Source: the human T2T-CHM13v2.0 reference genome, Homo sapiens | Reading direction: 5' to 3' (one strand) | NCBI RefSeq assembly: GCF_009914755.1 | Contig: NC_060925.1 | Length of the DNA stretch: 64,000 bases | Part shown: positions 17,888-33,610 of the stretch, one piece after another | How positions within the stretch are numbered: the first letter of the stretch is position 1 | How the letters are laid out: each line of letters begins with the position of its first letter | Program-made: the position numbers and the translations under genes | Notes under the pieces: model-generated | The model's database searches: none | What the model saw: only the letters and a program-made list of their open reading frames with translations | What the model was told of the DNA's origin: nothing

Positions 17888-20419
17888 TTAGGTTTTGTTT
17901 TACTTATTTGTTTTCTTGCAGCTTTAACAAACATCAGCGCTGCATGTGGAAACTTGGAAAAGAAAAAAAAAGCTTTAACAAACAAAAACACACATACCTG
18001 AGATGCACACGGCAACCTACTAGCTCATGGCAAACAGGCCTATATGTTGATAACCTCTGCATTGCTTAGGAAATAAAACACTGCAGATTCTTGAGCAAGG
18101 GGAAGTGCTTCTATCTTTGTTCTTCCTTTTTCTCCTAGTACATATAACATCTTTACTCTGGTCTCAGAATGTTTCTTCCAAACCTTAATGGCTCTCCCCT
18201 TCTTTTTCCTTAATTTCTTCATTCCACCCCTGGAATAACGTTCTAGTCCAGACTAGAAATACAACGTAAATAAAGACTCAATCAATGCCAACAGTAGGAG
18301 GAGGATTACCACCCAGCTGTTGCCTGTCATGCCCCATTAACACAACCAACCGTCAAGTCTGCCTTTAAAAAACCCAGCTTGACATTTGCTTCATCATATT
18401 CAGACCCCCCACCTAGCTCATATAATGTATGTACTTGAAAACATATTAATTGTTTACCAATCTTTCTCCTAAAAATAAAGCTTCACTAACAAAAAATGAT
18501 TAATCTTCTTAATGGACACATTCTTTTCAAATATAATCAAACTTCCACAATTTTAACTGTACTAATTTGATATCTGTGGATAATTCTTACCTTTACCTTC
18601 CTTGAAAATAAAAATATTTTAAAAATAAGTTAATATGGCAAATAGAAAAACAGAAGAGTAGTGCTTTAAGTAACCCTTGACACTTTACATCAATTTACAC
18701 ATAGACAATAAATATGATCACTATTATACATATTTATCTAGGGTGGGTAGCGTGGAACTGTGAAAAGAGCAATAGCTTTGAACCATGAAGACCAGCGTTC
18801 AAATCCCGGCTCTCCTTTTTTCTCATTGGGTCATTTTGGGGAAACTACTTAATAGTTAAGTATAGGAAGACAGTCAGAAGACTGGGATCTGGGCAGGATA
18901 CTAAGAAGGTTGCAACTGTATCTGTAATGGTAACTTTTGTTTTTTCACCTGAGGAAAATAAACTAAAAATAATGTTTTCTAACATTTAGATATTCAACAC
19001 ATGGACAAGTGTTTAATTATTCTTTGTATATTCCTGTTGTTTGTAAAACAGCTTATAATTTTTAAAACTATTTTAAAGGGAATGAAAGTAGGAATTACAG
19101 GGAGGCAGTTATCAATTAGATATAAGGATGAATTCTCTAGTAGAGTTAGATGTAATAAAGATATTGCCACACTCTATCCATATGTTTATACATCAAATTT
19201 TTACTGAGTACATACATCATGAGACAAAATAAACTTCCTGTCACAAAAGGTGCTTGACCAAAACTCAAGAATCACCTTTCAGGGATACTGTTAAGTTTTC
19301 CCACATCAGCTAGGAGTTAGCTCTAGAGGGCTTTTAAGATCTTTGGCCATCCCGAAATTCTATGCTTGAAACACGTTTTCTCATAGAAACGCTCCTACCA
19401 AAGGCCAGTGAGAGAACTATCACTTTGTGAAGAATTTCAGAATGCCCACTAGCTCTCCTGTAGCCCTAAAAGGTAATGAGAGTCTACCTGTTCAGACTGA
19501 GAGCTCCAGCTGCCTTGTGCTACAGAAGCAGTAAGTGCATGTAAAGGACGCCATATTTCTAAGACAAAAGCAGTAACAATGACTCAAGGATGATGCCCAA
19601 TAGACGATTTAACCTATAACTTTGCTAATTGTCATATTTTCAAAACAGCCCTATGGGAAGGGTACACAAATGTCTGGGGAGTATTTCCTGCTTTTTAGCA
19701 CCCAGGGAACTACAACCAGGAGCCCAGCTTATTTTGGATTGGGGATGGGGATAGACAAGAAGAGATGGGGCAGGGAGAAGAGACGGCTGGTTTATTTTAC
19801 ATACACATATTTTATTTATAATACATCTCTGTGTCTAGGCGTCTCTATGCTGTTCTCATAAAATCTGAATTATACAAATAAAAGTTTAATTCCTGGCTGT
19901 TTTGAATGACTTGGGCCTGTATTACAAAATTAATCAGATACAATTATACTATCTTCACAACAACAATCATCTACATTGGTTTTGACAATGTACAAAGTAC
20001 TTCCATGTGTATTATTTCGTTTATCTTTACCACAACCTTTGAAGTAGGAAGACATGATGATCCCCATTTTACTGCCTAGGACAGAGAGACATCAGGAGGT
20101 TAACTGACTTGTTCACTGAGAAAGCGGAGGAGCACAGACTATAACTCCAACAGTTTGACCCCATACTGCATACGCATCAGGTCCTTAATCATGAGACTGT
20201 ATGACCCTTCTGAGCCTGGGATTCACTTGCAACTGGGTATTCCCTCTTCTACCTCAGGCCCCCTATACCTTTTCAAAAAGTGTCCTTCACTGTAAATAAT
20301 CTTCCTGGTGGTGACCCTAAAGGATCTGACAACCTGGATCTATGTAAAAAAAAAAAAAAAAAAAAATTGTTTTCTTCATTTTCAAGATGAATAAACTAAA
20401 GTTGGCTCTCAAAGGGTTA

Positions 20420-20985
20420 AACAAAGAGTTACCATGTGGCCTAGCAATTCCTTTCCTAGTTATATACCCAAGAAAATTGAAAACATATGGCCACACGAAA
20501 TCTTATATACAAATGTTCATAGCAGCATTACTCATAATAGCCAAAATTGGAAGTATTTCAAATGTCCTTCAACTGATGAATGGATAAACAAAATTTAGCA
20601 TATCCAAATCATAGAATATTACTCAGCCATAAAAAGGAATGAAGTACTGATACATGCTACAACACAAATGACCTTGACAGCATTATACGATAATGTGAAA
20701 GAAGCCAGACACAAAAGGTCACATACTGTATAATTCCATTTACATGAAATGTCCAGAATAGGCAAATCCAGGCAGAAAGTAGATTAGTGGTTTCCAGGAA
20801 CCAGGGAGAGGGAAACTGGGAAGTGAGTGTTAATGAGTATGAGGTTTCCTATTGGAGTGAGAAACACGTACTGGAATTAGACAGTGGTGATGGTTGCACA
20901 ACTCTGAATATACTAAAATCATAGAATTGTAAGATTTCAGAAGATGAGCTGTATAGCGTGTTAATCGTTTGAATAAAGCTTTGTT
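20420..20985 (+). mobile_element. L1MB-type 3' end
   Basis: agagttaccatgtggcctagcaattcc..., tcagccataaaaaggaatgaagtactgatacatgctacaaca..., aataaagct. Confidence 0.88.
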
Positions 20986-22297
20986 TTTAAAAGAAGACAA
21001 AGAAATAAACCAAAGCTGAGAGAAGTAACTAACCCAATCCTTTATCTTTTATAAGAGTTTTTTTAATGATAAAGACTCAGTTAAAGTCCAATTTGATTCA
21101 GTTCAGTTAAAGCTAAATGGCTTAGAATGAATCATGTCTAAATATTCTGTATACCAATCCTACCTATATTATAGGGCCCTAAAAGAAGGGTCAGACGAAG
21201 TATGCTCTAAGTGGCTCTCAGTACTGAATATTCACAGATTAAGTTTTACAAAAAGGTAAAGTTTTGTGATAACCCTCAGATAAAACAGAAACATATGACC
21301 TATGTTTTGACATAAAACATACGTATTTGGCCTGTTCTGAAAAATATGTATAATTTTCACACACCACATTCTACCAAGGAAAATGTCAACCGGAGCCAAC
21401 CAACTTGGTGTTCCACTCATCAACTCTTTTATGCCAACATGGTGTTTCTGCCCTTGTCTCAGAAGCCAACTACTGATACCTGCTTCAGAAAACTGACTAT
21501 GAATTCCACAAAGTCCTGCTTTTTTCTTTTGGATTGTACAATCAACAAACAAGTCACCCTTCTAAAACTCTGTTTCTGAAATTTTAACATAATTCCTGAA
21601 GTTCCAGAGTCTCTTAAATGCTAAAATATTAACAATACCATTCCATTTTTTCCCCTAACACTCAGAAGCATACTGATACCCATCCTGTACACAGCCTTTT
21701 CTTGCCTGATAACAAGAGCACTAATGACAGAGCTATTGCATCAGGTTGATTAATAAACCCCGTCTTAGGCAGCCTCATCATGTGGATAAAGAAAAGGAGT
21801 TAAGATGATGTTCCTGCTGCCTTCCCCAACATAGAAACACACCCACAACACCCCCAATCCTGGAATAACCAGATGTTGTCTTCATCATCACACTAGAGCA
21901 CTGTAAACCACATCAAAACAAAACGAAACAAATAACAACTTCCCTGGCCACCAAAAATAGATGGCCCAGCCAGAAATAGTGCTGCCAGAGGCAGTTAAAT
22001 GAGCTGCAAGGCAGGAATGACAGTTGAGCTGCAGTGATGCTGGGGCCTCCCAAGGATTACCAGACTCCAAACTAGATTCTCCATCACTTTGGTCCAATCA
22101 ACATCAGCAGGACTTGGTATTTGTTCACAATTGGTTCAACTCAGATTATTTGCTGAGCTTCTGGAATTCAGAGAGAGTGACTTATGGGCTCACCTTTTTC
22201 TCTAGATTTTAAATAATCCTTTCTCCATTTTTTTCTAGGAGTGAAGGCAATTTTGAAGGCATGACTACGACCTGCTCTGGCCACAAGAGCTAAGAGT

Positions 22298-22920
<623 letters not shown>

Positions 22921-23839
22921 CAAGAGTCCACAGTGATACCATGAATGCCCATGGCTGCAACAATAATGCCTTGACCAGAAGTAGGGGGATAAGGGAAAAG
23001 ATAGAGCCAACATGAACCCCGATTGACCCTCCCTTGCTCCATCCATGACAGAAAGCCTCCTATTTCTGAATTCACCAGGCTCATGCTGCCTCCAGGACTT
23101 TGCATGGGTAGCAGCATTAGCCTAGAATTTCACTTCTCTTTAATTCCCACCCATCTCTCACTTAACTAATCCCAACTCACCCATAAGGATCTAAGTCAGA
23201 TATTACCTACTAAAAGAAACCTATCTGGCCCTAATGCCTGGGCAAGGGCTTCTCCTGAATGCTTCCACAGCACTGCGGACCTACTCTTATTGTGGCCCAT
23301 TTCACAGTATATTGGGATTATCTGTTTGACTCTCTCCCCAGTAGATCTGGAGTTCCTTAACAACAGGAAGAATCTTCTTTACTTTTCTTCCAAAAACAGA
23401 AATCGCTTTACTGTTTTTTGTTTGTGTTGCTGTTGCTTCAGTGGTCATAAAAGTACTACATGTGCCTGTCTGTTCCAGTTGTTCTCTTTCTCAGTGGAGG
23501 GCATAACCTAGTAGTTGACCAAGCAAGAAAACTTGACATCATTTATTCGTTCAAAACAAACAAAAAAGAAGAAAAGAAAAGGGCATGCCTACTATGTACC
23601 AGGCATTATGCTAATCACTGTATCTAGAAGTGAAAAGACAACCACTGTCCCTGCTATAGTGAGCTCATGTTCTAACAGAAAAGGCAGACTTTGAACAAAT
23701 AACTCACGTTATTGAAGAGAGAGGTGAAGGTAGTCTGGAAGTTTACGACAAGGTGACAGTGGGTAGGATGTGAGTGAAGAGATGAATTGGTGATCAGTCG
23801 TCTTTGGGTTTCTTCAGCCTCACTGGTTCTACATCCAGT

Positions 23840-24560
23840 CAATGGCTTAGCTCTATCAATTCTGCCTCTGAAATTTCTTTCACCTGTCCATTTCTCTAAT
23901 TTTTATACTGGCATCTCCACCAACCTTTGCCTGGAATACTGCAACTGTTTTCTCTGCCTCTAGACTACTCCTCCTATGCAGAGGCCATAAGGAAGCCAAA
24001 AGGATCTTTCTAAGAGGAAAATCTGATCATGTCACCTCTCTGTCTAAAAGCTTTCAGCAGTTCCCTTGAGCTCAGATAAAATTTAAAAGCCTTTACATAA
24101 CTTGCAAGACTCTGTATGATGACTCCTCTCTCTTTTCTCTGGTTTCAGTTCTCTGCATTCCTTACATCCCATTCTCTAGGAATACTGACTATGGTTCTTT
24201 CTCTCATCGGGATCTTGATTCAAGCTATTTCCTATGCATGGAACATTCTTCATTCTCACACTACCACCCCCTTATTAGTGGCTACTTCTTATTCCTTCTT
24301 CAGGACCCTGGTTAGATGCAGTTTCCTCTAGGAAACTTTCCCTGAATCCCCCAATCTCTTCAGATTGAGTAAGTGCCCAGTTATATATTCCATAGCACTC
24401 TTTACTTCTATTACAATAATAATTACATTCTGTTGGAATTTGCTAATCTGTAGACTCTATGAAGGCAGGAACCATGTTTGCCTATTCAATATTGTATCTG
24501 CAATGCTTAAGGTATGCTGCACATAGTAAAAGCCCTAGAATATTTTTTCAATGAATAGAT
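23840..24560 (+). mobile_element. L2 3' part
   Basis: aaaatctgatcatgtcacctctc...gaaggcaggaaccatg...aatgaatagat. Confidence 0.65.
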
Positions 24561-24904
24561 AATTAAAATAAATATAATACTCAGTTATAAAGAAGGCAAT
24601 AGGCTAATTCCATCATCCAGACATAATCAATATCAATGTTTTGGTATGTATCCTTCCAGACATTTCCATCTTTTCTCCCTCAAAAATGAGATCTTATTTT
24701 TTGTAATATTCAGTCAAATTGCTGTTGCCGTTGTTTTGTTTAATCTTAAATTTGTTATAATGGACATCCTCCCAAGTTAGTACATTGCTCTATAATGTTC
24801 TATTGTATATATATTCCACACTTGAAATAATCCTCACCTTGAGTACTAATATTGTATTGGTATAGAGAATACTGAAATATAAACACTCATCCTTGAACAT
24901 ACAT

Positions 24905-25206
24905 TTTCTTTTTTTTTGTTTTTTTTGAGACGGAGTCTAGCTCTGTCACCCAGGCTGGAGTACAGTGGCAATCTCGGCTCACTGCAACCTCTGCCTCCTG
25001 GGTTCAAGCGATTCTCCTGCCTCAGCCTCCTGAGTAGCTGGGATTACAGGTGTGCACCACCACACCTGGCTAATTTTTGTATTTTTAGGAGAGACAGGGT
25101 TTTACCATGTTGGCCAGGCTGGTCTCGAACTCCTGACCTCAGGTGATCCGCCTGCCTCAGCCTCCTAAAGTGCTGGAATTACAGGCGTGAGCCGCCACGC
25201 CCGGCC
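24905..25206 (-). mobile_element. AluS
   Basis: Antisense full Alu. Confidence 0.95.
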
Positions 25207-25913
25207 GAAAATACATATTTTCATACATTCATTCTTGATCATTGTGCAACTAACAGCTAGAACATGGCCTGGCACACACGATGCACTCATAAATGGATGA
25301 GTGGATTAACAAACAAATGAATAAGGGGGTCAGCTATCAGTAAGCATAATAAAATTGTGGCTAAGAGTTTAGGCACTAGAACCAGTACACTTATGTCCAA
25401 ATCCCAGCTCCAGCACTTGCCATCAATTACTAGTGTTTTCCTAGCTTCAGTGTCTCTCTACAAACAAAGACAATGGTTGTACCAACCTCAAAAGACTATT
25501 AGGAGAACTGAATAAGATAATAAGGTCAAGTGCATTCTCAGAACTTGGCACACTGTAAGCACTTACAAATATTAATTGGTATCATGATCTTTGTTGCTAT
25601 TTTTTAAATTTAGTATTGGAATGGAAATTATCATTAGAATGGAAACTTTGCAAAGTCCACAGAAAGAAAGATAGGGCTTCTCTTCGAACAACGGGAGAAG
25701 AGAAGAAAACAAGTTTTAATGAGGAGACAGAAAGGAGATAATTTAAAATTACGAAAAGAATTATTCTAATTCAAGTGCTACATTCTCTGTGAAAGTGGTT
25801 GCTCTCTTTTCTGTGTTGGTAATCATACCTTTCAGAATGTTCAGGGTTGTCCAACTTTTGTAATTTCATTCTTTTTGATAAAGTTTCTTTATTAATTGCA
25901 TGACCAAATGTAA

Positions 25914-26294
<381 letters not shown>

Positions 26295-27695
26295 TATTTA
26301 AGTTTTAAAAACATACATTAGTTTGGCAAGTACTCCCATCTTGAAATATCTCTTTCAATATTGCCTTAGATGTTATTTAAATTAAATCTTGTATAATTTA
26401 AATTTTTTTATGCCCCAATCAGATTGTACATTCTTTGAGAATGGAATCTCATGTCCATCTTTGTATATTCTACAGCACTCAGAAGCATTCCTTTTACTCT
26501 GTAGTTCTATAAGAAAAAAAGTAATTGATTTGATTCATATCTTTGGTAATGTTGCTTAGGAAAGAAAACTTTGCATGGAAAGTCTGTGGAATGCCTGTGT
26601 GTGGAAGCCTTCTGTTTCCCTTTTTAAACATGAGATTGAAAAGGGAAAACAAACTGCACTTGTGATTGCTGAAAGTTTAATATTTACCCCCTGCCTCCTA
26701 GTAACTTTTTGAATGTCTTAAGATACCAGTGAAAACAAAACCAGTATGTTTGGGACACTGTGGTTTGGAAGAATGAATGCATTTTTTTTAAATAAAAATG
26801 CACTTCACTAGTAGTATTCATTTTCCAAGGCTGTAATTAGAGAGAAACACTCGAGAAGCACCAAAATTGTGGAACATAAAGAGGGCAGTGACAGGACCCC
26901 AATTAACCTAAATTAGCACAGGTTACCCAGACTGTGATAACTCAGAGCTCCAGAAACTCCCCAAAATGAAAAAGCCTTCTGCTTTTAGCACTTTTTTTTT
27001 CCTTTTTTCTCCCCAAAGACTTCAAGATTCAAGTGGAAAAGTTCACCAGGATGGGTGGGACCTGAACAGGCTGACTCACTGCGGTTAGATTCAGACTGCC
27101 AAGGAAAGCTGCAGAGTACAGTTAGGCATACACTACAGCTGGTTTTGATGATATTTTCTTGTTAAAGACAACATTATTAGAAAAATGTGTAAACAGGACA
27201 GGGCAGTGGAGGTCCCCTCTTGATTTTATAGCCAAAGACTCCCACCCTTCCGTGGCTTTTCTGTACCGTCTGCCATGTTGATTCTATGTAAAAAACCCAA
27301 ATGCAGGCATTCCACCAATGTAATGCTCTCCTTCTCTGAGAGTCCTTTCATTTCCCCAAGAGCTTTGGAATCATTGGAGTTACAGTGGTTCCGTTACTTT
27401 ATTCTTATATAACTTTGGGCAAGTTATTTGAACCTTGATCTCTTCACTAGTATAATGGTTGTAAAAATAATATCTATCTCATAAGTTAGGAAAATGAACT
27501 GAAAATACACTAAATTAAATATGTCAAATATCTAGAAAAGTACCTGGTGCATAATGAGCACTCAAATAGTATTTATTGTTATTAGCTACTATTGTGATCT
27601 TCTTAATAAATCCTGTCAAATATTATTTCAAAAAGACTCTTTCTCTCCCGTCCTTTTCATTTTTAGTTTTATCATTCCATTTAAAGTGGAAAAGA

Positions 27696-28025
<330 letters not shown>

Positions 28026-28811
28026 CTAGTTTCCCATCCTACCCAATCAACTAACACACCAATACCCTCCTTAAAACTATTCAACTTATTGTGAATACCA
28101 GGTAGAGGCAGAAGAGATACAAATCCAATAGGATATCTAATTTTTAATACTTTTCAGCTAGTTTAGTTGATGAATATTTACTGAGCACTTACTATGTACT
28201 ACATTATGCTATATTCTAGAGACTAGAAAAGAATGGGCAAGAGGTGTTTTCTGCCCTCAAGGAGCTTAGAGTCTTGGTATATATTCTGGGATTAGAGAGT
28301 AAGAGAAGGCATCCTAAAATTAAAAAATAAATAAATTTAAAAAGGCACCTGAGCTGAATCTTGAAGGATGAGTAAACTTTAACCAAATAAACAATAGGAG
28401 AGAAAAGGTTTTCAAGGCAGAGGGAACAGCAGGTACAAATAAATGAAAGTATGAAACAGCTTTGAATTGCAAGCAGTTCAGAATTAATAGAGTAAAAATC
28501 ATGTAATAGAGAATACTGGAAGACAAAAGTGGATTTACAGTTTACCTAGAGAGGCAGGAATCTGGTAGGATTTCAATCTGCATCAATCTAAATAGGAGGA
28601 ACTAGTGATTCCATTTCCAAATAAGCCAACACCTTCATTAGCACCAAACTTTCACCAGCTGAGTTCCCCAACATAGGACATGCCCACTATCTTTAGGTCA
28701 CAAAGACATCAGGTGTTTTCAGGCTCAATCATGAGTTATTGGACAAGTTCCTTTGTTATTCTTTTTGCCATTAGTTCATCATTTGTAAACTGGAATAATA
28801 ATCATGGCTTT

Positions 28812-29510
28812 TCTTTTTTTTATTATATTTGAAGTTCTGGGATACATGTGCAGAACGTGCAGGTTTGTTGCACAGTATACGTGTGCCATGTTGGTTTGCC
28901 ACACCCATCAACCCGTCATCTATATTAGGTATTTCTCCTAATATTATCCCTCACCTTGCCCCACAGCCCCTGACAGGCCCCTGTGCGTGATGATCCCCTC
29001 CCTGTGTCCATGTGTTCTCATTAGTCAACTCCCATTTATGTGTGAGAACATAGGGTGTTTGGTTTTCTGTTCCTGTGTTAGTTTGCTGAGAATGATGGTT
29101 TCCAGCTTCATCCACGTCCCTGCAAAGGACATGAACTCATTCTTTTTTTATGGCTGCATAGTATTCCATGGCGTATATGTGCCACATTTTCTTTATCCAT
29201 TCTAACATTAATGGGCATTTGGGTTGGTTCCAAGTCTTTGCCATTGTTAATAGTGCTGCAATAAACATACGTGTGCATGTGTCTTTATAGTAGAATGATT
29301 TATAATCCTTTGGGTATATACCCAGTAATGGGATTGCTGGGTCAAATGGCATTTCTAGTTCTAGATCCTTGAAGAATTGTCACACTGTCTTTTACAATGG
29401 TTGAACTAATTTACACTCCCACCAGCAGTGTAAAAGCGTTCCTATGTCTCCACATCCTCTCCAGCACCTGTTGTTTCCTGATTTTTAATGATCGCCATTC
29501 TAACTGGTGA
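28812..29510 (-). mobile_element. 5'-truncated L1PA 3' end inserted into a MIR
   Basis: Antisense L1PA 3'UTR (ggatacatgtgcagaacgtgcaggtttg...). ORF 29137..29352 gives the ORF2 C-terminal peptide PFDPAIPLLGIYPKDYKSFYYKDTCTRMFIAAL. TSD catg(g/c)cttttc. Confidence 0.95.
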
Positions 29511-29897
29511 ACATGCCTTTTCACAAGGTTGTTGTAAATGAGATCATGCTGTCACATACTTAGAGCAATATCTGCCACATAGAAAGTGATCATCAAATGC
29601 TAGCCAGTATTATGTATGTGCTGCTGAAGTCTTGCTCATTCCAGAGATGCTGCAGCTGGGTGCTGTGATCAGCGAGAAAGCATAGGGCAAGGGATTTTTC
29701 TCAACACATCATTGTGACCATTTGTAGGTAAAATTTATTTCTGATCCAATAATGTGTTCAGATTTATGATCATGGTACATAAACTTATGGCCCTGAAAAA
29801 GTCACAATTTCCGTGAGTCCTGGTTCCCTCACTTAAAAAATGGGGAGAGTGATGCTTGTTCCGTGTCTTATAAAGACAAAATAAAACAACTTATGAG

Positions 29898-29954
29898 ATA
29901 CACTTAACCCACTGCTCAATACACTAAACCCACTGCTCAATACACTAAACCCAC
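29898..29954. repeat. 21-bp tandem repeat, ~2.7 copies
   Basis: atacact(t/a)aacccactgctca twice, then atacactaaacccac. Confidence 0.9.
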
Positions 29955-32610
29955 AGAGAATCCCTTCATCAGTGGATTCTCTGAGTGGGGAAAAGCACCT
30001 ACATAACGAAGTTGGTAAGGTTGGGAAATTAATTAAATCACTCACTCATTCAAAAATACAAATGAAGCATATATGCTAAGCAATGCCCTCCTTTCATCAT
30101 GGAGTGTAATACCTATTGACCTCAACCTGACAAACATACAATTGGAGTTTGTATACACATACAACCATGCTGTTGGTTGTGGGTGGAGAATGAAAGAAAA
30201 GAAACACTGTTGTATGTTGGAAATGTTGCTTTCTTTGTCCCTTTTTTCTACACCAACATAAATGATAATTGTCACTTTCGCTTGTTAATTGACTAATTAT
30301 GTTTTGGTTCCATAATGTGCCAGTATTTGCATTTTTAGTCTGTTATCTCTTTCCCTGTAATCAAAGAGCCTTTTTTCTCTAGAATTTCCTACATCAGCAA
30401 ACATTTTAGAGGTAACTGCATTACTGAACAATTATAATTACTTTTGACAGATTGAGTACTTTTAGTATTACTTCTCTCCTGTTCTAACTCTCTTTTTCTT
30501 ACCTCTCTATAGTCCAGTCTCTTATTTGAACATATCTCTCTTCCTTCCCCCAAATCTCCCCTCTGTCTGGAATATTATACTCTACTTCCCTGACTAGTAA
30601 AATCTAACTCAGCTTTGGAGACCTTGCTCAACGTGAAGCCCCCAGGAGAAATGTCCTCTGGTAAGAGGCCTTTCCCTACTCCTTTAATAAAAGTAGACAT
30701 TTTCTCTCAAGATCTCAGAGTGTACTGTCCTTATCTCTATGAAAGCACTTGCCATGCTATATTGTATTTAATGCAATGTCTGTACTTCCAAATAGACTAT
30801 AACTATCTAAGGGCAGGAACTAAAGTATCTCATTTAATGTGATCATGTGTTTGTTGCATGGATAAATGAAATAAGAAGGGATTCCTGGCTGCTTCTTCCA
30901 GGCCTGTCTCCCTTTGTCTTTAAGCCCTGGAGGAGTCAACCCTACTTTGGCAAAAAACATTTAGCATGTCCCCTCCTCTCTCTGAGTACTGCTACCTATC
31001 CTATATCCCAAGGCTACCAAATGCATATTTTAAACTTTACAGAAAATACCATGTTATTTAGTATTTTACCATTTTTAGGGTAGGGCATAGGAATGTGTTC
31101 CTATCTCTCCTGTATTTTTTCTAACCAATGTTTTCTCTAATTTTTAAACCCTTTCATGGAGGCGTTTTGTATTTTAGGTGCTGTCATTCAGAGTCCACAG
31201 GATGGATGAATGGATATGAAAATGAACAAACGTGTGACACAACACTGCATGATTTACCGGCAATGACTTTCTGATCAAGCCTGAAGTGGGTTGTAGCCTC
31301 TTTATTTACTTTTTATTTGACACATAGCAGAGAGAGATTTAAACTATCTCTTATTGGCCTTTTCCCTGCGTCTTAGCTTGGTTTCTGTCAGTGTTTCCCA
31401 GCATCGAGAAATAAGGACTAATCTGTCATATTAGATCTAAACTCTAAAAGAAAAGGACTTTGGGCCTTATATCTGCCACCCATTCTTTCAATGGAGGTGA
31501 CACCCCTCATTTCTATATTTCCAGTCATCTCTCAATGAAAAGGAACATGCAGGCTGGCTGGCCTTTGGAGAGCACCCCACACAGTTTTGAGGAGCTCTGC
31601 AGCTCTGCTTGCCCTTTCTGCATCACAGCAGATCCAAAAGGTGAAAAAAAAAAAACAAAAAAAGGAGGGGGTTGGGGTGTTAGCATCCTTGCTTCCCCCA
31701 CCAGCACCACACAGCTGTTCGGAGGTTTAGTCTTCAAAAGCCTCTTGATTACCATGCAAACTCTCCATGTCTTAAAAAAAACATACACACAGTATACATG
31801 AGAATGCTAAGCATAAAATTTGAAGAATAGGCTGTTAATTCTTAGGCACACGTTATATGGTGCATATTCTTTGCCCACAGAAATATCTGGTAGGATGTAC
31901 AGAAAGTATTGGTGAAATATTTCTACTTACAAATTGAGGGAAGATGGGGTAAACCCATGTCAACACAAAATTTTTTGAGATTAGAATTTTACTTTTTTTT
32001 TTTCTGTCAAAAGTTATCAATTCCAATTCCAGAATGAGAGAAACCCCAGTATCTCACAGACTATTTACACATTATTTATGTGGGACCTGCTTGCTGGGTA
32101 TCCCTGAGGGGGCACCAAAGAGCTATTTCTTTCTTCCTTTTTTTTTTTTTTTTTTTTTAGAGCACAAGAGTATAAGAAATTCCGGCTGCCTGTTTCTGGG
32201 CTATTTAAATCCCAGTAGACATGCTCTCTTGTACAGACTTCCTGGGCTCAACCCAGCTCACAGGGAGCTGGGGAATCTGTATTACATTATCAGTTATTGT
32301 TTTTGGTCAAATCTAAGGACAAACATATGAAGAAGCAGAGCATGCAGCACTGGTTCAGGAGGTTCAAGCAACATTATCAGATTCTTGTTGAGAAACAAAT
32401 GGTTGTTACTGTGCCACCGCACACTGCAGACAATTCCTAGATACCGAGAGAGGTCCAAGCTAGCAACAGAGAATTTAATACTAGCTGCTGGACCGGGACT
32501 CCTGGGCTCACTATGTTGCAGCTACAGATTCTCAGAATGCCATTTAAACTTCCTGAGTTTATCTGAGAAGTAAACCAAGGGTGTAGGTGATGAGGCAGCA
32601 TTTACTGGTA

Positions 32611-33111
32611 CAGTTAGTCCCCCCTTATCCACAGTTTTGCTTTCCATGGTGTCAGTTACCCACAGTCAACCACAGTCTGAAAATGTTAAATAGAAAATTC
32701 TAGAAATGAACAACTCATAAATTTTAAATTGCACATTGTTCTGAGCAGCATGATGAAATCTCGTGCCATCCACTCTATCTCACCCTTGAATCATCCCTTT
32801 GTCCAGCACATCCAGGCTGTATATATCGCCCACCAGTTAGTCACTCAGTACTGTCTGGGTTATCAGATTGTTGCAGTATCACAGCGCTTGTGTTCCAGTA
32901 ACTCCTATTTTACTTAACAATGTAAAAGTGCAAGAGTAGTAATGCTGGTATATTGTTATAATTGTTCTATGTTATTATTAACTACTGTTAGCCTCATTAA
33001 CATTTAACTTATAAATTAAACTTTATCCTAAGTATGTATGTATAGAAAAAGACATAGTAAATATAGGGTTCAGTACTATGCAGTTTGAGGCATCCAAAGG
33101 AGGGACTGCTG
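32611..33111 (+). mobile_element. MER44/Tigger7-type TcMar DNA transposon
   Basis: Termini ta|cagttagtccccccttatcc ... gggactgctg|ta, giving imperfect terminal inverted repeats with a TA duplication. Confidence 0.8.
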
Positions 33112-33313
33112 TACAGGCAAGGGTCCATAACCACACCCCCCAGCACACAGCTGACAGAGCATATGTTTATTGGGACATGCTCTTGAAAGAGACACCATAA
33201 TGATAATACCATCCATAATCCGGACCAATCCATGGGTCATATTTTTATCAGGCATCACTATTCCATAGTACTGCTTCTAATTGGGATAACAATTATCCAC
33301 TCACATGACTTAC

Positions 33314-33465
33314 CTTCTCAAAGTCTCGAAGAGCCTGGGTCTGTACCTGAGGGGGTTTCTCAAATGCTCTCAAGGAATATGTCTGCACAAACGGGACCTT
33401 TTCACCACTTCTCCAGATCTGTGACTGCACTGGAGGGCCTCGATCTTTAGTGTCACTAAGAAAAG
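33314..33465 (-). CDS. PDE4DIP: Internal coding exon, 152 nt: (A)FLSDTKDRGPPVQSQIWRSGEKVPFVQTYSLRAFEKPPQVQTQALRDFEK
   Basis: Acceptor tttcattgacag|CT TTT and donor GAG AAG|gtaagt. Contained in ORF 33293..33586. Phase 1 in, phase 0 out. Confidence 0.92.
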
Positions 33466-33610
33466 CTGTCAATGAAACAGAACAACAAAAAAAAGGTTTA
33501 TATAATAACAGCACTAGGATCATTCTAACTGGCACATTCCAGCAGAATTCAGTTTCTGCAAAATACAAACTCAATCTAGGCCACATAGAAACAGTTTACT
33601 TAAAGTAGTC

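Noticed and set aside
19001-19233. 68-aa plus-strand ORF followed by AATAAA
   Set aside because: AT-rich, no recognisable domain, no promoter or splice support. It is compatible with chance, although an antisense transcript end cannot be excluded.
29898-29954. CRISPR-like or other prokaryotic repeat array
   Set aside because: The repeats are contiguous with no spacers, in human DNA with no cas-like ORFs.
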